Origin: Intestinimonas butyriciproducens
GTDB taxonomy: Bacteria; Bacillota; Clostridia; Oscillospirales; Butyricicoccaceae
Assembly (NCBI RefSeq): GCF_016901775.1
Contig: NZ_JACJKW010000004.1
Coordinates: forward strand, 1-64,000
Direction of reading: 5' to 3'
DNA: 64,000 bases
The translations under genes were made by a program, and so were the position numbers. This document shows, piece by piece, positions 1 through 9,323 of the stretch (the first letter of the stretch is position 1; every line of letters starts with the position of its first letter). A model generated the notes under the pieces. That model saw only the letters and a program-made list of their open reading frames with translations, searched no databases and was not told the DNA's origin.

Positions 1-3
1 CAT

Positions 4-157
4 GTTTTCGCTTGTCCCCTTTGCGGGACGAGAAAACGGCCATGAAATCGGTATCATAACCGCTCTGTGGTTATGATACCACAAAGCGAAGCGAAGTGGT
101 ATATTGGCCGTGTTTTCGGTTGTCCCCTTTGTGGGACGAGAAAACGGCCATGAAATC
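4..157 (+). repeat. Two direct copies (4-49 and 112-157) of a 46-bp hairpin-forming unit, GTTTTCG[C/G]TTGTCCCCTTTG[C/T]GGGACGAGAAAACGGCCATGAAATC. The 62-bp spacer contains a perfect 12-bp inverted repeat, GGTATCATAACC / GGTTATGATACC. The window starts inside copy 1, so more copies may lie upstream.
   Basis: Read directly. The two copies differ at 2 positions. Nested stems GTTTTC/GAAAAC and GTCCC/GGGAC. Lies in the 5' region of the cupin gene. Confidence 0.7.
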
Positions 158-256
158 AAGTACCACACAATTCCCCGACGGCACCCCTCTTTTCTTGTGT
201 TTTTCCCTGGAAGAAGCTATACTGGTATTATCATCTTGAGAAAGGAAGATGCCTTT

Positions 257-601
257 ATGATCCGCCGGAAAGAACAGATGCGCACATCGGAAAAGCCCAA
301 CCTGCGGGGTGGGGAGGGCGTGATCCACGCCTACGACCTGCTGGAAAATCCGGAGATGCGGGAAAAGCTGAAGCTGTGCTCCATTCTGACCATTGAGCCG
401 GGCTGCTCCATCGGCGAACATCCTCACGGCCCTGACGCCGAGTTCTATTACCTGCTGGAAGGGGAGCTGGAGATCACAGACAACGGGGAAAAGACCACCT
501 TCCATCCCGGCGATGCCATGTTCACCGCCTGCGGCGAGACCCACAGCGCCAGAAACAACACCCAGAAGGACGCAAAGCTGCTGGCCATCGTCATCGCCTA
601 G
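257..601 (+). CDS. Cupin domain protein (114 aa).
   Basis: ORF track 104..601. Start ATG at 257, preceded by GAGAAAGGAAG as RBS. Sequence is cupin beta-barrel-like (GxHxH...E...H pattern: GEHPHGPDAEFYYLLEGE...GETHSA). Confidence 0.75.
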   Translation: MIRRKEQMRTSEKPNLRGGEGVIHAYDLLENPEMREKLKLCSILTIEPGCSIGEHPHGPDAEFYYLLEGELEITDNGEKTTFHPGDAMFTACGETHSARNNTQKDAKLLAIVIA

Positions 602-612
602 GTCCAGTGCCT

Positions 613-676
613 GGACGGCCATAGTCCGGTGTCCGGACAGCCATAGTCCGTTGTCCGGACGGCCATACTACGGGGC
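613..676. repeat. 22-bp tandem repeat of about 3 units (GGACGGCCATAGTCCGGTGTCC).
   Basis: Read directly in the intergenic region between the convergent cupin and peptidase genes. Confidence 0.7.
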
Positions 677-728
677 TGGGTGCAGGAAAGGACTTGGGTG
701 ATTGTCCCGGGCCTGCCACAATTTAATA

Positions 729-756
729 GAAAAAGCGGCCAAAAGGCCGCTTTTTC
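729..756. terminator. Bidirectional rho-independent terminator (AAAAAGCGGCCaaaaGGCCGCTTTTTC).
   Basis: GC hairpin flanked by an A-run and a T-run, between convergent genes. Confidence 0.7.
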
Positions 757-764
757 TATTATTT

Positions 765-2692
765 CTATTTCAGAGGAATATCCAGGATCTTCAAAAAGGC
801 TTCCGCCATTTCCTGTGAGCCGACTCCCGCCTCCAGCTGGGCCAGGCGAACACATTCTTCCAGCGTGCGCTCCCCGTCCATGGCAAAGAGCAGCAGGGTC
901 TCAAAGAGCATGGCATCGGGGCAGCCTTTCCGGTACTGCTCCTCATAGGCTTTGTAGGCCTTTTTCTTTTCTTCATCTTCCCGGGGCATATCCTCCAGAT
1001 GGATAATGGGGCCTTTCAAGGTGCGATGGGGCACTTTCCCCGCCTTTTTCTCCGGCGCCGGGGGATTGCCCAGTGCTTCCAGAGTTTCTTCCATGGCCCG
1101 GCGCAGGCTTCCCTCTGCGTGCAGGCCTATTTCTTTGGCCGCCGGGCACAGCCGGATGGCGTCTTTGCAGCCCCGCACATAGAACTGGGTGATGGCTCTG
1201 GCCTTTTCGCCCAGAGTGGTTTTGTCCTCCCCCATCAGACAGGCATCGCCCAGCCGCTCCATTTCTTCCCCATGGCGTCCTTTCAGCCGCCACAAAGTGC
1301 GCCCCGCCTCTTCTTCCCCGAAATTGGCCAGGCAGTAGGCAAAGCCTGCGGCAATGCACAAGGAGTTGTGGAGCATCTGGGGGTCCACCTGCTCCGGTGT
1401 ATCCCCGCTGGTGTGATAATAGAGATCCGGCCACTGACCCAGCATGGGACAGGGAATGCCCACCAAAGGATCGGAAAGGATCATGTGGTCGCTTCCCGGA
1501 ACAAAGGGGCCGATAAAGCTGTTGAACAGCGGAGCCATGTTCCCCTCCTTCAGCACTTCGCACTGGCTCTTCACCTGGCGCAGCACCACATCGCTGAGGG
1601 CGGTGACCAGAGGGGAGGAACTCCAGGGCTGATCCGACAGGGTGAGGGGGCCATAGCCCCGGCTCTGCCGTCCGCCCACCATGTCCAGATTGATGGCTCC
1701 CACAATGCGGCAAAGCTCCCCTTCCCGCTGGCAGAGATAGGGATAGGTGCCGCTGAACTCGGGCAGAAGGCACACCCGGATCCCCCGCTGAAGAGGTGGC
1801 AGTTCCCCCCGCTCTATCAGCTCATGGAGGGTGCGCAGCAGCTCCATGGCCACGGCGCAGCCGCTGGCGTTGTCATTGGCCGAAGGCCGGGGATGGCACA
1901 GGTGGGCCAGCACCAGCACCTCTTCCCCGGTCTCGCCGGGGAGGAAAGCTTCCACCACTTCCAGCTCACCAGGATACAATCTGGTGTCCATTTTGCACAG
2001 GGCCTGGGGATATTTCTCCTCTTCTCTCATTTCCCGGCAAAGCTCCGCCAGGGCGTCTCCCTGGCGAGGCGTGAGGACGAAGCCGAAGATGTGCGGCTCT
2101 TTTTCCCAGTCCTTCCACCAGAAGGAGGTATAATTGCGGATGTCGTACAGATCCTCCCGGCTGCGCACTCCCGGCACTTCCCGCAGGTAATCGGTGACAA
2201 AGCCCACCGCCCCTTTTTCGGTGAAGGCCCAGTCCATATAGGCTGCAAAAGGCTCCCGGAGGAAAAGCAGCTTGCCCTCAAGGTCCACGCCCTCATAATC
2301 CTCTTTCCGGCTGCCCTTGTCCATAAGGACGATGTCCAGGGGCTGGCTGGAATAATCACAGGGGCCGCTCTTCTGCATCACCGAGGTGGCGCAGGTGTCA
2401 AAGTCCGCCAGCCGCTGCCGTCCCTTTTCCGTCAGCAGATCCAGCCAGCCTCCCTTGCAGTCCCACTCCAGGAAGGAACGCTGCCCCCAATACCATTGCT
2501 TTTCGTCAAAGGGATAGGAAATCACCCGGGCGCAGATCCCCTGGCTCTCCAGCACCTGCTGGCAATGGTGGGCCGCCTGACGCAGACCGGTGGAGCACTG
2601 GATGCGGTGGAAGGATGCGATCTCCCTCACCCGCTGATGGGCCCGCTCTCCACTGCCGAAGGAGCTGATCTTTTCCAGATATTCTTTCACTG
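765..2692 (-). CDS. M28-family or DUF4910 aminopeptidase-like protein (about 642 aa).
   Basis: ORF 765..2855. Start trimmed to the GTG at 2692, which is preceded by AGGAGGGG. The upstream part of the ORF reads through repeat copy A. Metallopeptidase-like motif HLCHPRPSANDNASGCAVAMEL. Confidence 0.7.
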
Positions 2693-2749
2693 TGGTCCCC
2701 TCCTTGCTCTTGATGAAAAAGGCCCGGTTTGCTCCGGGCCTTTCCCGTG

Positions 2750-2941
2750 TGGAAAAAGGGACAAAAGCCACTTTTTCGAGTTTTTGCAAGGGTCTGGCGG
2801 CGAGCCGCCGCTCCCATTTTTTCTTTGCTCCGGTAGGTTGTGTACGCCCGGGCAAAAAATGTTTGCCTGCGGGGTCACCCCGCCCTTGAGAAGTGTAAAA
2901 ACCGCCGCACGGGTCACCGGTTTTTACAAATTGATGAAAGA
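2750..2941 (-). repeat. Terminator-associated intergenic repeat, copy A (long form, inverted orientation).
   Basis: Homologous to copies at 12327-12514, 14204-14329, 49276-49400 and 51891-52025. Shares the 95-bp internal module with copy B. Confidence 0.8.
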
Positions 2942-2996
2942 CCGGACAAATAACCCCTCTAACCAGATCAGTTTTGGGGTAATCAGGCTTTTTTGA

Positions 2997-3863
2997 TTAT
3001 TTCTGATAATATTTGATCAGGGCCTGGGTGCCGTCATTGTCCAGCCCCATCCGGCTCATTTCCTCATACATTTTCAAAACAGAATCCAGCATGGAAAGCT
3101 CCACGCCCCACTTACCCGCTTCTTCCTCGATGATCTTCATATCCTTGATGAAGTGCTTGACGAAAAAGCCGGGGGCCAGATCCCCCTTCAGCACCCGGGG
3201 AGCCATGTTGCTCAGCTGCCAGCTGCCTGCCGCACCGGCGCCGATGGCGGTCAGCATCTTTTCCGGCTCCAGACCGGCCTTCTGGGCATAGACCAGAGCT
3301 TCGGTATAAGCGGCGGTGGCGCCGGCCACGGCAATCTGATTGGCCGCCTTGGTGTGCTGGCCAAAACCGGCCGGGCCCATGTGGACGATATTCTTGCCCA
3401 TGCATTCAAACAGGGGCAGGGCTTCCTCAAAGTCCTTCTCGTCGCCGCCCACCATAATGGACAGCGTGCCGTTGCGGGCGCCGGAATCGCCGCCGGACAC
3501 CGGAGCATCCATCACCCGCAGGCCCTTTTTCTTCCCTTCCTCATAAAGGCGCTGGGCCAGAGAGGGAGAGGATGTGGTCATATCGATGAGCAACGCCCCT
3601 TCCTTGGCGTTTTCAAAGATGCCCCCTTCTCCCAGGAACACTTCTTCCACATCCTTGGGATAACCCACCATGACAAAGACCACATCGGCCCCTTCTACCG
3701 CCTGGGCGATGGTCTCACAGGGCACCAGGCCAAACTCTTCTTTCAGAGCCTCCAGCTTGTCCGCAGAGCGGTTGTAAGCCTTCACCGGATAGCCCTTTTT
3801 GGCCAGGTGGCCCGCCTGCTGGCCCCCCATGACGCCAGTGCCGATCCATGCGATCTGTTTCAT
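2997..3863 (-). CDS. NAD(P)-dependent oxidoreductase of the 3-hydroxyisobutyrate / 2-hydroxy-3-oxopropionate (tartronate semialdehyde) reductase family.
   Basis: N-terminal Rossmann motif MKQIAWIGTGVMGG. Start ATG at 3863 with AGGAGG RBS. The ORF track begins upstream at 3971. Confidence 0.8.
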   Translation of the reverse strand: MKQIAWIGTGVMGGQQAGHLAKKGYPVKAYNRSADKLEALKEEFGLVPCETIAQAVEGADVVFVMVGYPKDVEEVFLGEGGIFENAKEGALLIDMTTSSPSLAQRLYEEGKKKGLRVMDAPVSGGDSGARNGTLSIMVGGDEKDFEEALPLFECMGKNIVHMGPAGFGQHTKAANQIAVAGATAAYTEALVYAQKAGLEPEKMLTAIGAGAAGSWQLSNMAPRVLKGDLAPGFFVKHFIKDMKIIEEEAGKWGVELSMLDSVLKMYEEMSRMGLDNDGTQALIKYYQK

Positions 3864-4065
3864 TTTGTTTCCTCCTTTTAGGGTGTTTCGGTTTGTTTCA
3901 GTATAGCATAAACCTGCCCTCCTATGCCACAAAGAACCAAAGGTTTTTTCGTCTTTTCCCATTTCCACCATCCCCCTCTTGCCAAAACAGGAGGAAATGA
4001 ATTACACTGTACTTGGCCCCTTTTCCCTAAAAAAAAGGGATAGAAACAGAGAGAGGAAGGATTTT

Positions 4066-5088
4066 ATGAAACGACAACTGGCATCCCTGCTGGTTCTGGC
4101 CTTGTGCGCCGCTTCCCCCATCAAGGCGGCCTCCCCCACATTTTACGATGTGCCCTCCAGCCACTGGGCCTATAAGGACATCCAGCAGGCCGCCCAGAAG
4201 GGCATTCTGCAAGGCACCGGCACAGACCAAAACGGCAACCGGCTCTTTGAGCCCCAGTCCTCCCTGACCACCGCCCAGTTCATCACCATTGTGGTGCGGG
4301 GTTACTACGCCGGGCAGGCGGGAAGCGCCGGGGATGGCCCCTGGTATGCGCCCTATGATCAGGTGGCCCAAAGCCACGGTTTGTACCAAGGCATTCAGAA
4401 GGTGGATCTCACCGCCACCATTCCCCGCTATCACATGGCGGTGATCCTGCAGAACATCCTGGAAGATCTGGGAATCGCCCTGCCCCCGGAGGAAGAGCTG
4501 GAAAGCGCCGCAGCCAAAATCGGCGACTGGAAAAGCATTCCCGTGGAATACCAGAAGGCCGTGTCGGTGGTTTATGCCTCCGGGATCATCGGCGGCATGG
4601 ATGAAACCGGCACCTTTGCCGGAGAAAGCTCCGTCAGCCGTGCCCAGGCCGCAGCCATCTACACCCGGCTGGAAACCTATGCAGAGCCCTACATCCAGGC
4701 CGCAGCCCTGGACTACAAGCGCCAGGAAATGCTGGACGAAATCAATCTGCTGCGAAAAAATGTCGGTCTCGCCCCCCTGAGCCTGGACGAAAGAGTGTGT
4801 GATTATGCCCAGATCCGTGCTCAGGAGATCACCGAAAGCTTTTCCCACACCCGCCTCAATGGAGAAAACTACTGGGACGAGCTGGGACGGATGGGCATCG
4901 ATTACTATCCCGGCGGCGAGAACATCGCAGCAGGCAACAGCACGGTACAGGCTACCATGAACCAATGGATGAACTCCCCAGGCCACAAGGCCAATATCCT
5001 GAAAGAGGGCATTGGAAAGGTGGGCATCGGTTATGTGCAGGTGGAAGGCGGCTATCACCACTACTGGGTGCAGATCTTCGTGCCATAA
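4066..5088 (+). CDS. Secreted protein with an N-terminal SLH domain and a C-terminal CAP/SCP (cysteine-rich secretory protein) domain.
   Basis: Signal peptide MKRQLASLLVLALCAAS. SLH-like FYDVPSSHWAYKDIQ. CAP motifs HTRLNGENYW, NSPGHKANIL, YWVQIF. RBS GAGAGGAAGG. Confidence 0.75.
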   Translation: MKRQLASLLVLALCAASPIKAASPTFYDVPSSHWAYKDIQQAAQKGILQGTGTDQNGNRLFEPQSSLTTAQFITIVVRGYYAGQAGSAGDGPWYAPYDQVAQSHGLYQGIQKVDLTATIPRYHMAVILQNILEDLGIALPPEEELESAAAKIGDWKSIPVEYQKAVSVVYASGIIGGMDETGTFAGESSVSRAQAAAIYTRLETYAEPYIQAAALDYKRQEMLDEINLLRKNVGLAPLSLDERVCDYAQIRAQEITESFSHTRLNGENYWDELGRMGIDYYPGGENIAAGNSTVQATMNQWMNSPGHKANILKEGIGKVGIGYVQVEGGYHHYWVQIFVP

Positions 5089-5101
5089 ATGCAGACATAG
5101 C

Positions 5102-5138
5102 AAAAAATCCCCCATTCTGGGGGATTTTTTTATTTTTT
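5102..5138 (+). terminator. Rho-independent terminator (AAAAAATCCCCCattcTGGGGGATTTTTTT).
   Basis: Perfect stem followed by a T-run, immediately after the stop of the SCP gene. Confidence 0.8.
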
Positions 5139-5274
5139 GTCTCTGTCCGAGATAAGTATTGGTGAATGAAAATATACACATACATAGGATAATTATCCCC
5201 TTTGACCTGAAAGGTATTTTAGACTAACAAATGTCGTAAATTTTCGTTCATGGAGTGAGACAAGTAGGGGCAAA

Positions 5275-5286
5275 TATGCTATAATG
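5275..5286 (+). promoter_or_regulatory. Candidate extended -10 element (TGcTATAAT) for the alpha/beta hydrolase gene.
   Basis: Motif only, in an AT-rich region 80 nt upstream of the start codon. Weak. Confidence 0.3.
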
Positions 5287-5365
5287 CAGGTGTAATTGGA
5301 ATATTTTGCTGTTTTTCCGTCTATATACAAAGACAAACTTGAATTTGGCGAGGTGAGTATACAAC

Positions 5366-6295
5366 ATGAAGATTCATAATGCACAGTATAAAATTGATGA
5401 TAGCAGTATTTTGAACTACTATGAGGTTGGAACCGAAAAAAACAAACTATTACTGCTTCATGCCCAGGGAACAAACTCTTGTAGCTTCTATAGTGTTGTT
5501 ACAAAACTCGCAAAGCACTATCATGTGTACCTGGTAGATTATTACGGACACGGAAAGAGTTCCCACAATCCAGAAAAATACAATCTGGTCAGTATCGGCA
5601 ACGACATTATGGACTTTATTGAAAATGTGATTTTTGATTCTGTTGCCGTGTTGGGTCATTCATCGGGTGGGCTGATTGCAGCATACATTGCAGCACACTC
5701 TCCCAGATGCTCCAAACTAATATTGGAAGACCCTCCGTTCTTCTCAAGCTGGGGCGAAAGAAGATATCATACATACAATTACAAAGATTTATCCTCTGTC
5801 TGCCATAATTTCCTTTTACAGGATGTGGAAAAGGATTTCGTCTATTACTATTTCAAGAATCAGTATTGCTGGAATTTCTTTCCCGATAAATCCAGAGAAA
5901 CTGTCAGAGAAAAACTGAGTGGTTTTGCATTGAAATACCGAACCAAACATCCCGACAAAAATCTGAAAGTTCTGTTTTGGCCTAAAAAGTTTTTAGAAGG
6001 CTTTAATGGCCTGCAATATTATGACCCTCATTTTGGAGAAGCCTTTTATAACGATTCGTTCAATGACACTGTTGATTACAATGACCTTCTTTCTAAAATC
6101 AAATGCAAAACTCTGTTTATGAAAGCAAAGACAACGATTGGTGAAAATGGTTTGTTGCAAGGCGCATTGTCTGATGAAGATTTGCAGAGAGTCAATGCCT
6201 TGATTGAAAATATGAAAATCCAGCAATTTGATTGTGGGCACGGTATTCATACAGAAAAGGCAAACCAGTTTGTGGAAGCAATAATTTCAATTTGA
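5366..6295 (+). CDS. Alpha/beta-fold hydrolase (309 aa), inside a low-GC island.
   Basis: GHSSGG nucleophile elbow and HGKSSH motif. Good RBS GGCGAGGTGAG. Local GC is far below the surrounding 60%. Confidence 0.75.
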   Translation: MKIHNAQYKIDDSSILNYYEVGTEKNKLLLLHAQGTNSCSFYSVVTKLAKHYHVYLVDYYGHGKSSHNPEKYNLVSIGNDIMDFIENVIFDSVAVLGHSSGGLIAAYIAAHSPRCSKLILEDPPFFSSWGERRYHTYNYKDLSSVCHNFLLQDVEKDFVYYYFKNQYCWNFFPDKSRETVREKLSGFALKYRTKHPDKNLKVLFWPKKFLEGFNGLQYYDPHFGEAFYNDSFNDTVDYNDLLSKIKCKTLFMKAKTTIGENGLLQGALSDEDLQRVNALIENMKIQQFDCGHGIHTEKANQFVEAIISI

Positions 6296-6442
6296 CCAAT
6301 TGGGATTTGTTGAACTGAATAGCATATATCCCATAGGAGCAAGGTTGAAATATACCTTGCTCCTTTTCGTTGGGCATTCATAAAAAATGAATAAAAAGGT
6401 CAGTTATACACACCAATACTTATCTAATACAGAGATTATTTT

Positions 6443-7009
6443 TTAAAACATATGCTCGATGAAGATCTTCAGACCGATGCCCACCAGGATGCAGCCGCCG
6501 AAGATCTCGGCAAAGCGGCCCAGGAGACTGCCGAACTTTTTCCCCAGCCAGGTACCGGCCAGGCTGCAGAAAAAGGTGATGAAGCCGATGGACAAGGCGG
6601 CGATGGCGATATCCACCTTCATAACGGCAAAGCTGATGCCCACGGCCAGAGCATCGATGCTGGTGGCCACTGCCTGCATCACCATGGTGCGCCTATCCAG
6701 GGTGCGGTGCACATCGCACTGCTCCTTTTCCCCCATCTCCCGAATGGATTCGATGACCATTTTGCCCCCGATGAACCCCAGCAGGATCAAAGCGATCCAG
6801 TGATCCAGGGAGGAGATGAAATCGCTGAAGCTGCGCCCGGCCACAAATCCGATCACAGGCATGCCCGCCTGGAACAGGCCGAACAGCCCGGCATAGGCGG
6901 CAGCCGCCTTTCCTTTGGCATTTTTGTAGCAGATGCCGTTGGAGACCGACACGGCTGTGGCGTCCATGGCCAGCCCCAGGGCCAGCAGAACGAGGGTAAG
7001 TGTTCCCAT
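6443..7009 (-). CDS. mntP: Manganese efflux pump MntP.
   Basis: 188 aa, 6 TM segments, MntP-family sequence (DATAVS...GMPVIGF...). Confidence 0.85.
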   Translation of the reverse strand: MGTLTLVLLALGLAMDATAVSVSNGICYKNAKGKAAAAYAGLFGLFQAGMPVIGFVAGRSFSDFISSLDHWIALILLGFIGGKMVIESIREMGEKEQCDVHRTLDRRTMVMQAVATSIDALAVGISFAVMKVDIAIAALSIGFITFFCSLAGTWLGKKFGSLLGRFAEIFGGCILVGIGLKIFIEHMF

Positions 7010-7037
7010 GTTTTTCCTCTCTTTCTTTGGCGGGGCA

Positions 7038-7196
7038 GTAAAAAAGACCCACGCCCGGCAAAGCCCCCCAAAAAGGGGGCGCCGGGCATGAGTCTTGTTC
7101 TTTAAGGCAAGCCAGGCCCTATGGGGCCATTGTGTTGACTTGACACGCGGAAACCGCGCAAACTACTCCCTCACGCCGAACTTGATTTTCTCGACG
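7038..7196 (-). promoter_or_regulatory. Putative yybP-ykoY (Mn2+) riboswitch leader with an intrinsic terminator (7038-7087).
   Basis: The minus-strand leader contains GAGGGAGUAGUUUGCG and CAAGUCAACACAAUGGC, resembling the conserved yybP-ykoY cores. It is followed by the hairpin GCCCGGCGCCCCCuuuuuGGGGGGCuuuGCCGGGC plus a U-run, directly upstream of mntP. Confidence 0.6.
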
Positions 7197-7202
7197 AGTT
7201 TC

Positions 7203-7231
7203 ATTATGCCAAATTTCCGAAAAAGTGTCAA
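7203..7231 (-). promoter_or_regulatory. Sigma-A-type promoter for the mntP leader (-35 TTGACA, 17-nt spacer, -10 CATAAT).
   Basis: Motif match read from the minus strand. Confidence 0.55.
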
Positions 7232-7243
7232 GAGGGAAACTTT

Positions 7244-9257
7244 TTATTCGTTGCCCACATACCGATAGAGCCAGCTCTTGATCTCCTTCAGGCGGCGCAG
7301 GCGGTGACGGGGCTTGCCCGAACGGGACAGCTCGTGGTTCTCCCCTTTGAAAATGCACATCCGGGAGGGAACGCCGTTGAGCTGCAAAGCGGTATACATG
7401 GAAATGCCTTCGGGCATCCAGCACCGGTAGTCCTCTGTGCTGTTGATGAAGAGGGTGGGGGTGCGGGCCTTGTCGGCAAATTTCATGGGGGACTGATCCC
7501 ACATCTTGTACATATCGGTGAAGGGCGTGGCCTGGACTTCCCGCAGGTCAAAGCTGAGGCCGATGTCGCAGGTGCCGAACAGGGTGATCCAGCTGGCGAT
7601 GGACCGCTGGGAAGCTGCTGCCTTGAACCGGTGGGTGTGGCCGATGATCCAGTTGCACATAAAGCCGCCGTAGGAGCCGCCCAGCACGCCCAGACGCTCC
7701 TTGTCGATGGCCGGGTACTTTTCCAGCACCACATCCACAAACTGCATCAGATCCTCATAATCGATGGTGCCATAGCGGCCGGCGATGTTGGCAAACTTGT
7801 CCCCCCTTCCACCGGAACCGGTGGGATTGCAGAACATGACAAAGCAGCCGTCAGAAGCCATGGTCTGCATCTGGTGGAAGAAGCAGGTGCCGAAGGTGGC
7901 CCGGGGGCCGCCGTGGATGTCCAGCATGGCGGGATAGGTCTTGCTTTCATCGTAGTCCTTGGGCAGAAGCACCCAGCCTTCGATGGTATTCCCCTCTTTG
8001 TTCACAAAGGTCAGGGGCTGGGGTGTGGCCACATATTTGCCCTTGAGAGCGTTTTTATTGAAGCCGGTGACTTTTTTCTGGCTTCCGTCCTTTTCCAGGC
8101 GGTAAACTTCCTGCAGATCGTTTCCGGCAAAGCCCACAGTGAAGATTTTGCCATCCCGGATGTCGAAAAAGTCCACCGAACAGTCTTCCCCGGTGAGCAC
8201 CTCCGGCTCTTTCCCGGGCTGCCAACGGTAGAGCACGCTGTAATGGGCCCGGGCCGAGACATAATAGAGGGCATCCTCACAGGCTTTCATGTGGATACCG
8301 CTGCCATAGCGGCAGTCGCTGCCGGGATTTCCGCCGAAGTCCTCGGTTTCGGCCACCGGCACGGCCATAACAGGCTCTCCTCCTGCAAGGGGGATGGAAT
8401 AGAGGTTTGTGCCCCCGAAGCGCATCCAATCCTCCCCGTGTTCCTCGGCGGAGAAGATCAGCTGATCGCCCACAAAGGCCAGCGAACCCAAACCGCTGAA
8501 TCGGTCGGGCCCGAACAGCTCTTTTCTTTCCCCGGTTTCCAGATCGTAGAGGTACAGGCCGGAGTGCATATTCAGCTTTTTGTCGGTAAGGGCCCCGGCA
8601 TAGGCCAGAGTCTTTCCGTCGGGGGACAGGGTGAAACCCCGGGTTTCAAACATGGGCTCGGTCACAGGCCGGAGTTTCTTCCGCTTCACATCATACAGCC
8701 ACAGCCGGTTGCGCTTTTTGTTCACAAAGCCCCGGCCGTTGAACCAGAAGGGAGCCTCGTCACATACCTGGTAGTCCTTTTCCTCCTGGTAGTCCAGAAG
8801 GGCACAGCGGCGTTTTTCCCCCTTGAGGGATTCAAAATCCGGCCTGGCGTTGTCGTGGACAGCGGTGATGAGATAGAGCCCTTCCCGCACCAGATGGGCG
8901 CTGGCTCCCTGCAAAGGCAGGCGGAAGCACTCCCGGCTTTCGCCTCCGTCCAGGGGCAGCTGGTAAAAGACGGTGAGCAGTTCTCCATTTTCCACCCGCT
9001 TTTTGTCCTTCTTTTCCCGGATGGCAGGGAAAATGACGCTTTTGTCCCCAAAGAGGGCAAAGCTGCGCACATCCCCATGGGAGGTCAGGGGCCGGGCCGC
9101 GCCGGTTTTGCAATCCACCAGATACAGGTCGGAGCGGTAGCAGTTGTCCTCCAGATCGGCCTTGGCGGCGATCACCAGGGCCCGGTCATCGGGAAGCAGC
9201 TTGAGTCCGGACAAAAATTTATAATCCTGCAAGTCTGTGTCCAGTATTCGTTCCAAG
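7244..9257 (-). CDS. S9-family serine peptidase (prolyl oligopeptidase / acylaminoacyl-peptidase-like), paralog 1.
   Basis: GGSYGGFM nucleophile motif and beta-propeller N-terminus. The TTG start at 9257 (RBS AGGAGGG) was chosen because LERILDTDL aligns with MERIQIDDF of the paralog. Confidence 0.8.
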
Positions 9258-9272
9258 AAAATCCCTCCTATC

Positions 9273-9312
9273 GCAGGGCAGCTTGCCCTCGAAAGGGGCA
9301 AGCTGCTGCGCT
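9273..9312. other. GC-rich hairpin (GCAGCTTGCCC-loop-GGGCAAGCTGC) between the GNAT and S9 genes; possible terminator or attenuator.
   Basis: Inverted repeat read directly. The T-rich run lies on the plus side only. Confidence 0.35.
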
Positions 9313-9323
9313 TTCTTTTGTTT

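Noticed and set aside
4-157. CRISPR array interpretation of the 46-bp repeats.
   Set aside because: Only two copies are visible, the spacer is 62 bp and is itself a perfect hairpin, the repeat extends beyond the CRISPR-like 34-nt core, and there are no cas genes in the window. Kept as a finding but not called CRISPR.
999-2996. Very long ORFs antisense to annotated genes (for example 999..2996+, 7304..9430+, 9237..12389+, 20787..23450-, 24915..26609-, 33579..35084+, 35141..37312+, 41817..44384+, 44345..46024+, 52883..54883+).
   Set aside because: A high-GC genome gives long stop-free antisense frames. Their translations are low-complexity Gly/Ala/Pro/Arg-rich and lack RBSs. The opposite strand encodes clearly recognisable conserved proteins.
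9273-9312. Strong terminator call for the hairpin between the GNAT and S9 peptidase genes.
   Set aside because: The U-run lies on the wrong side for the minus-strand transcript, so it was kept only as a low-confidence hairpin or possible attenuator.
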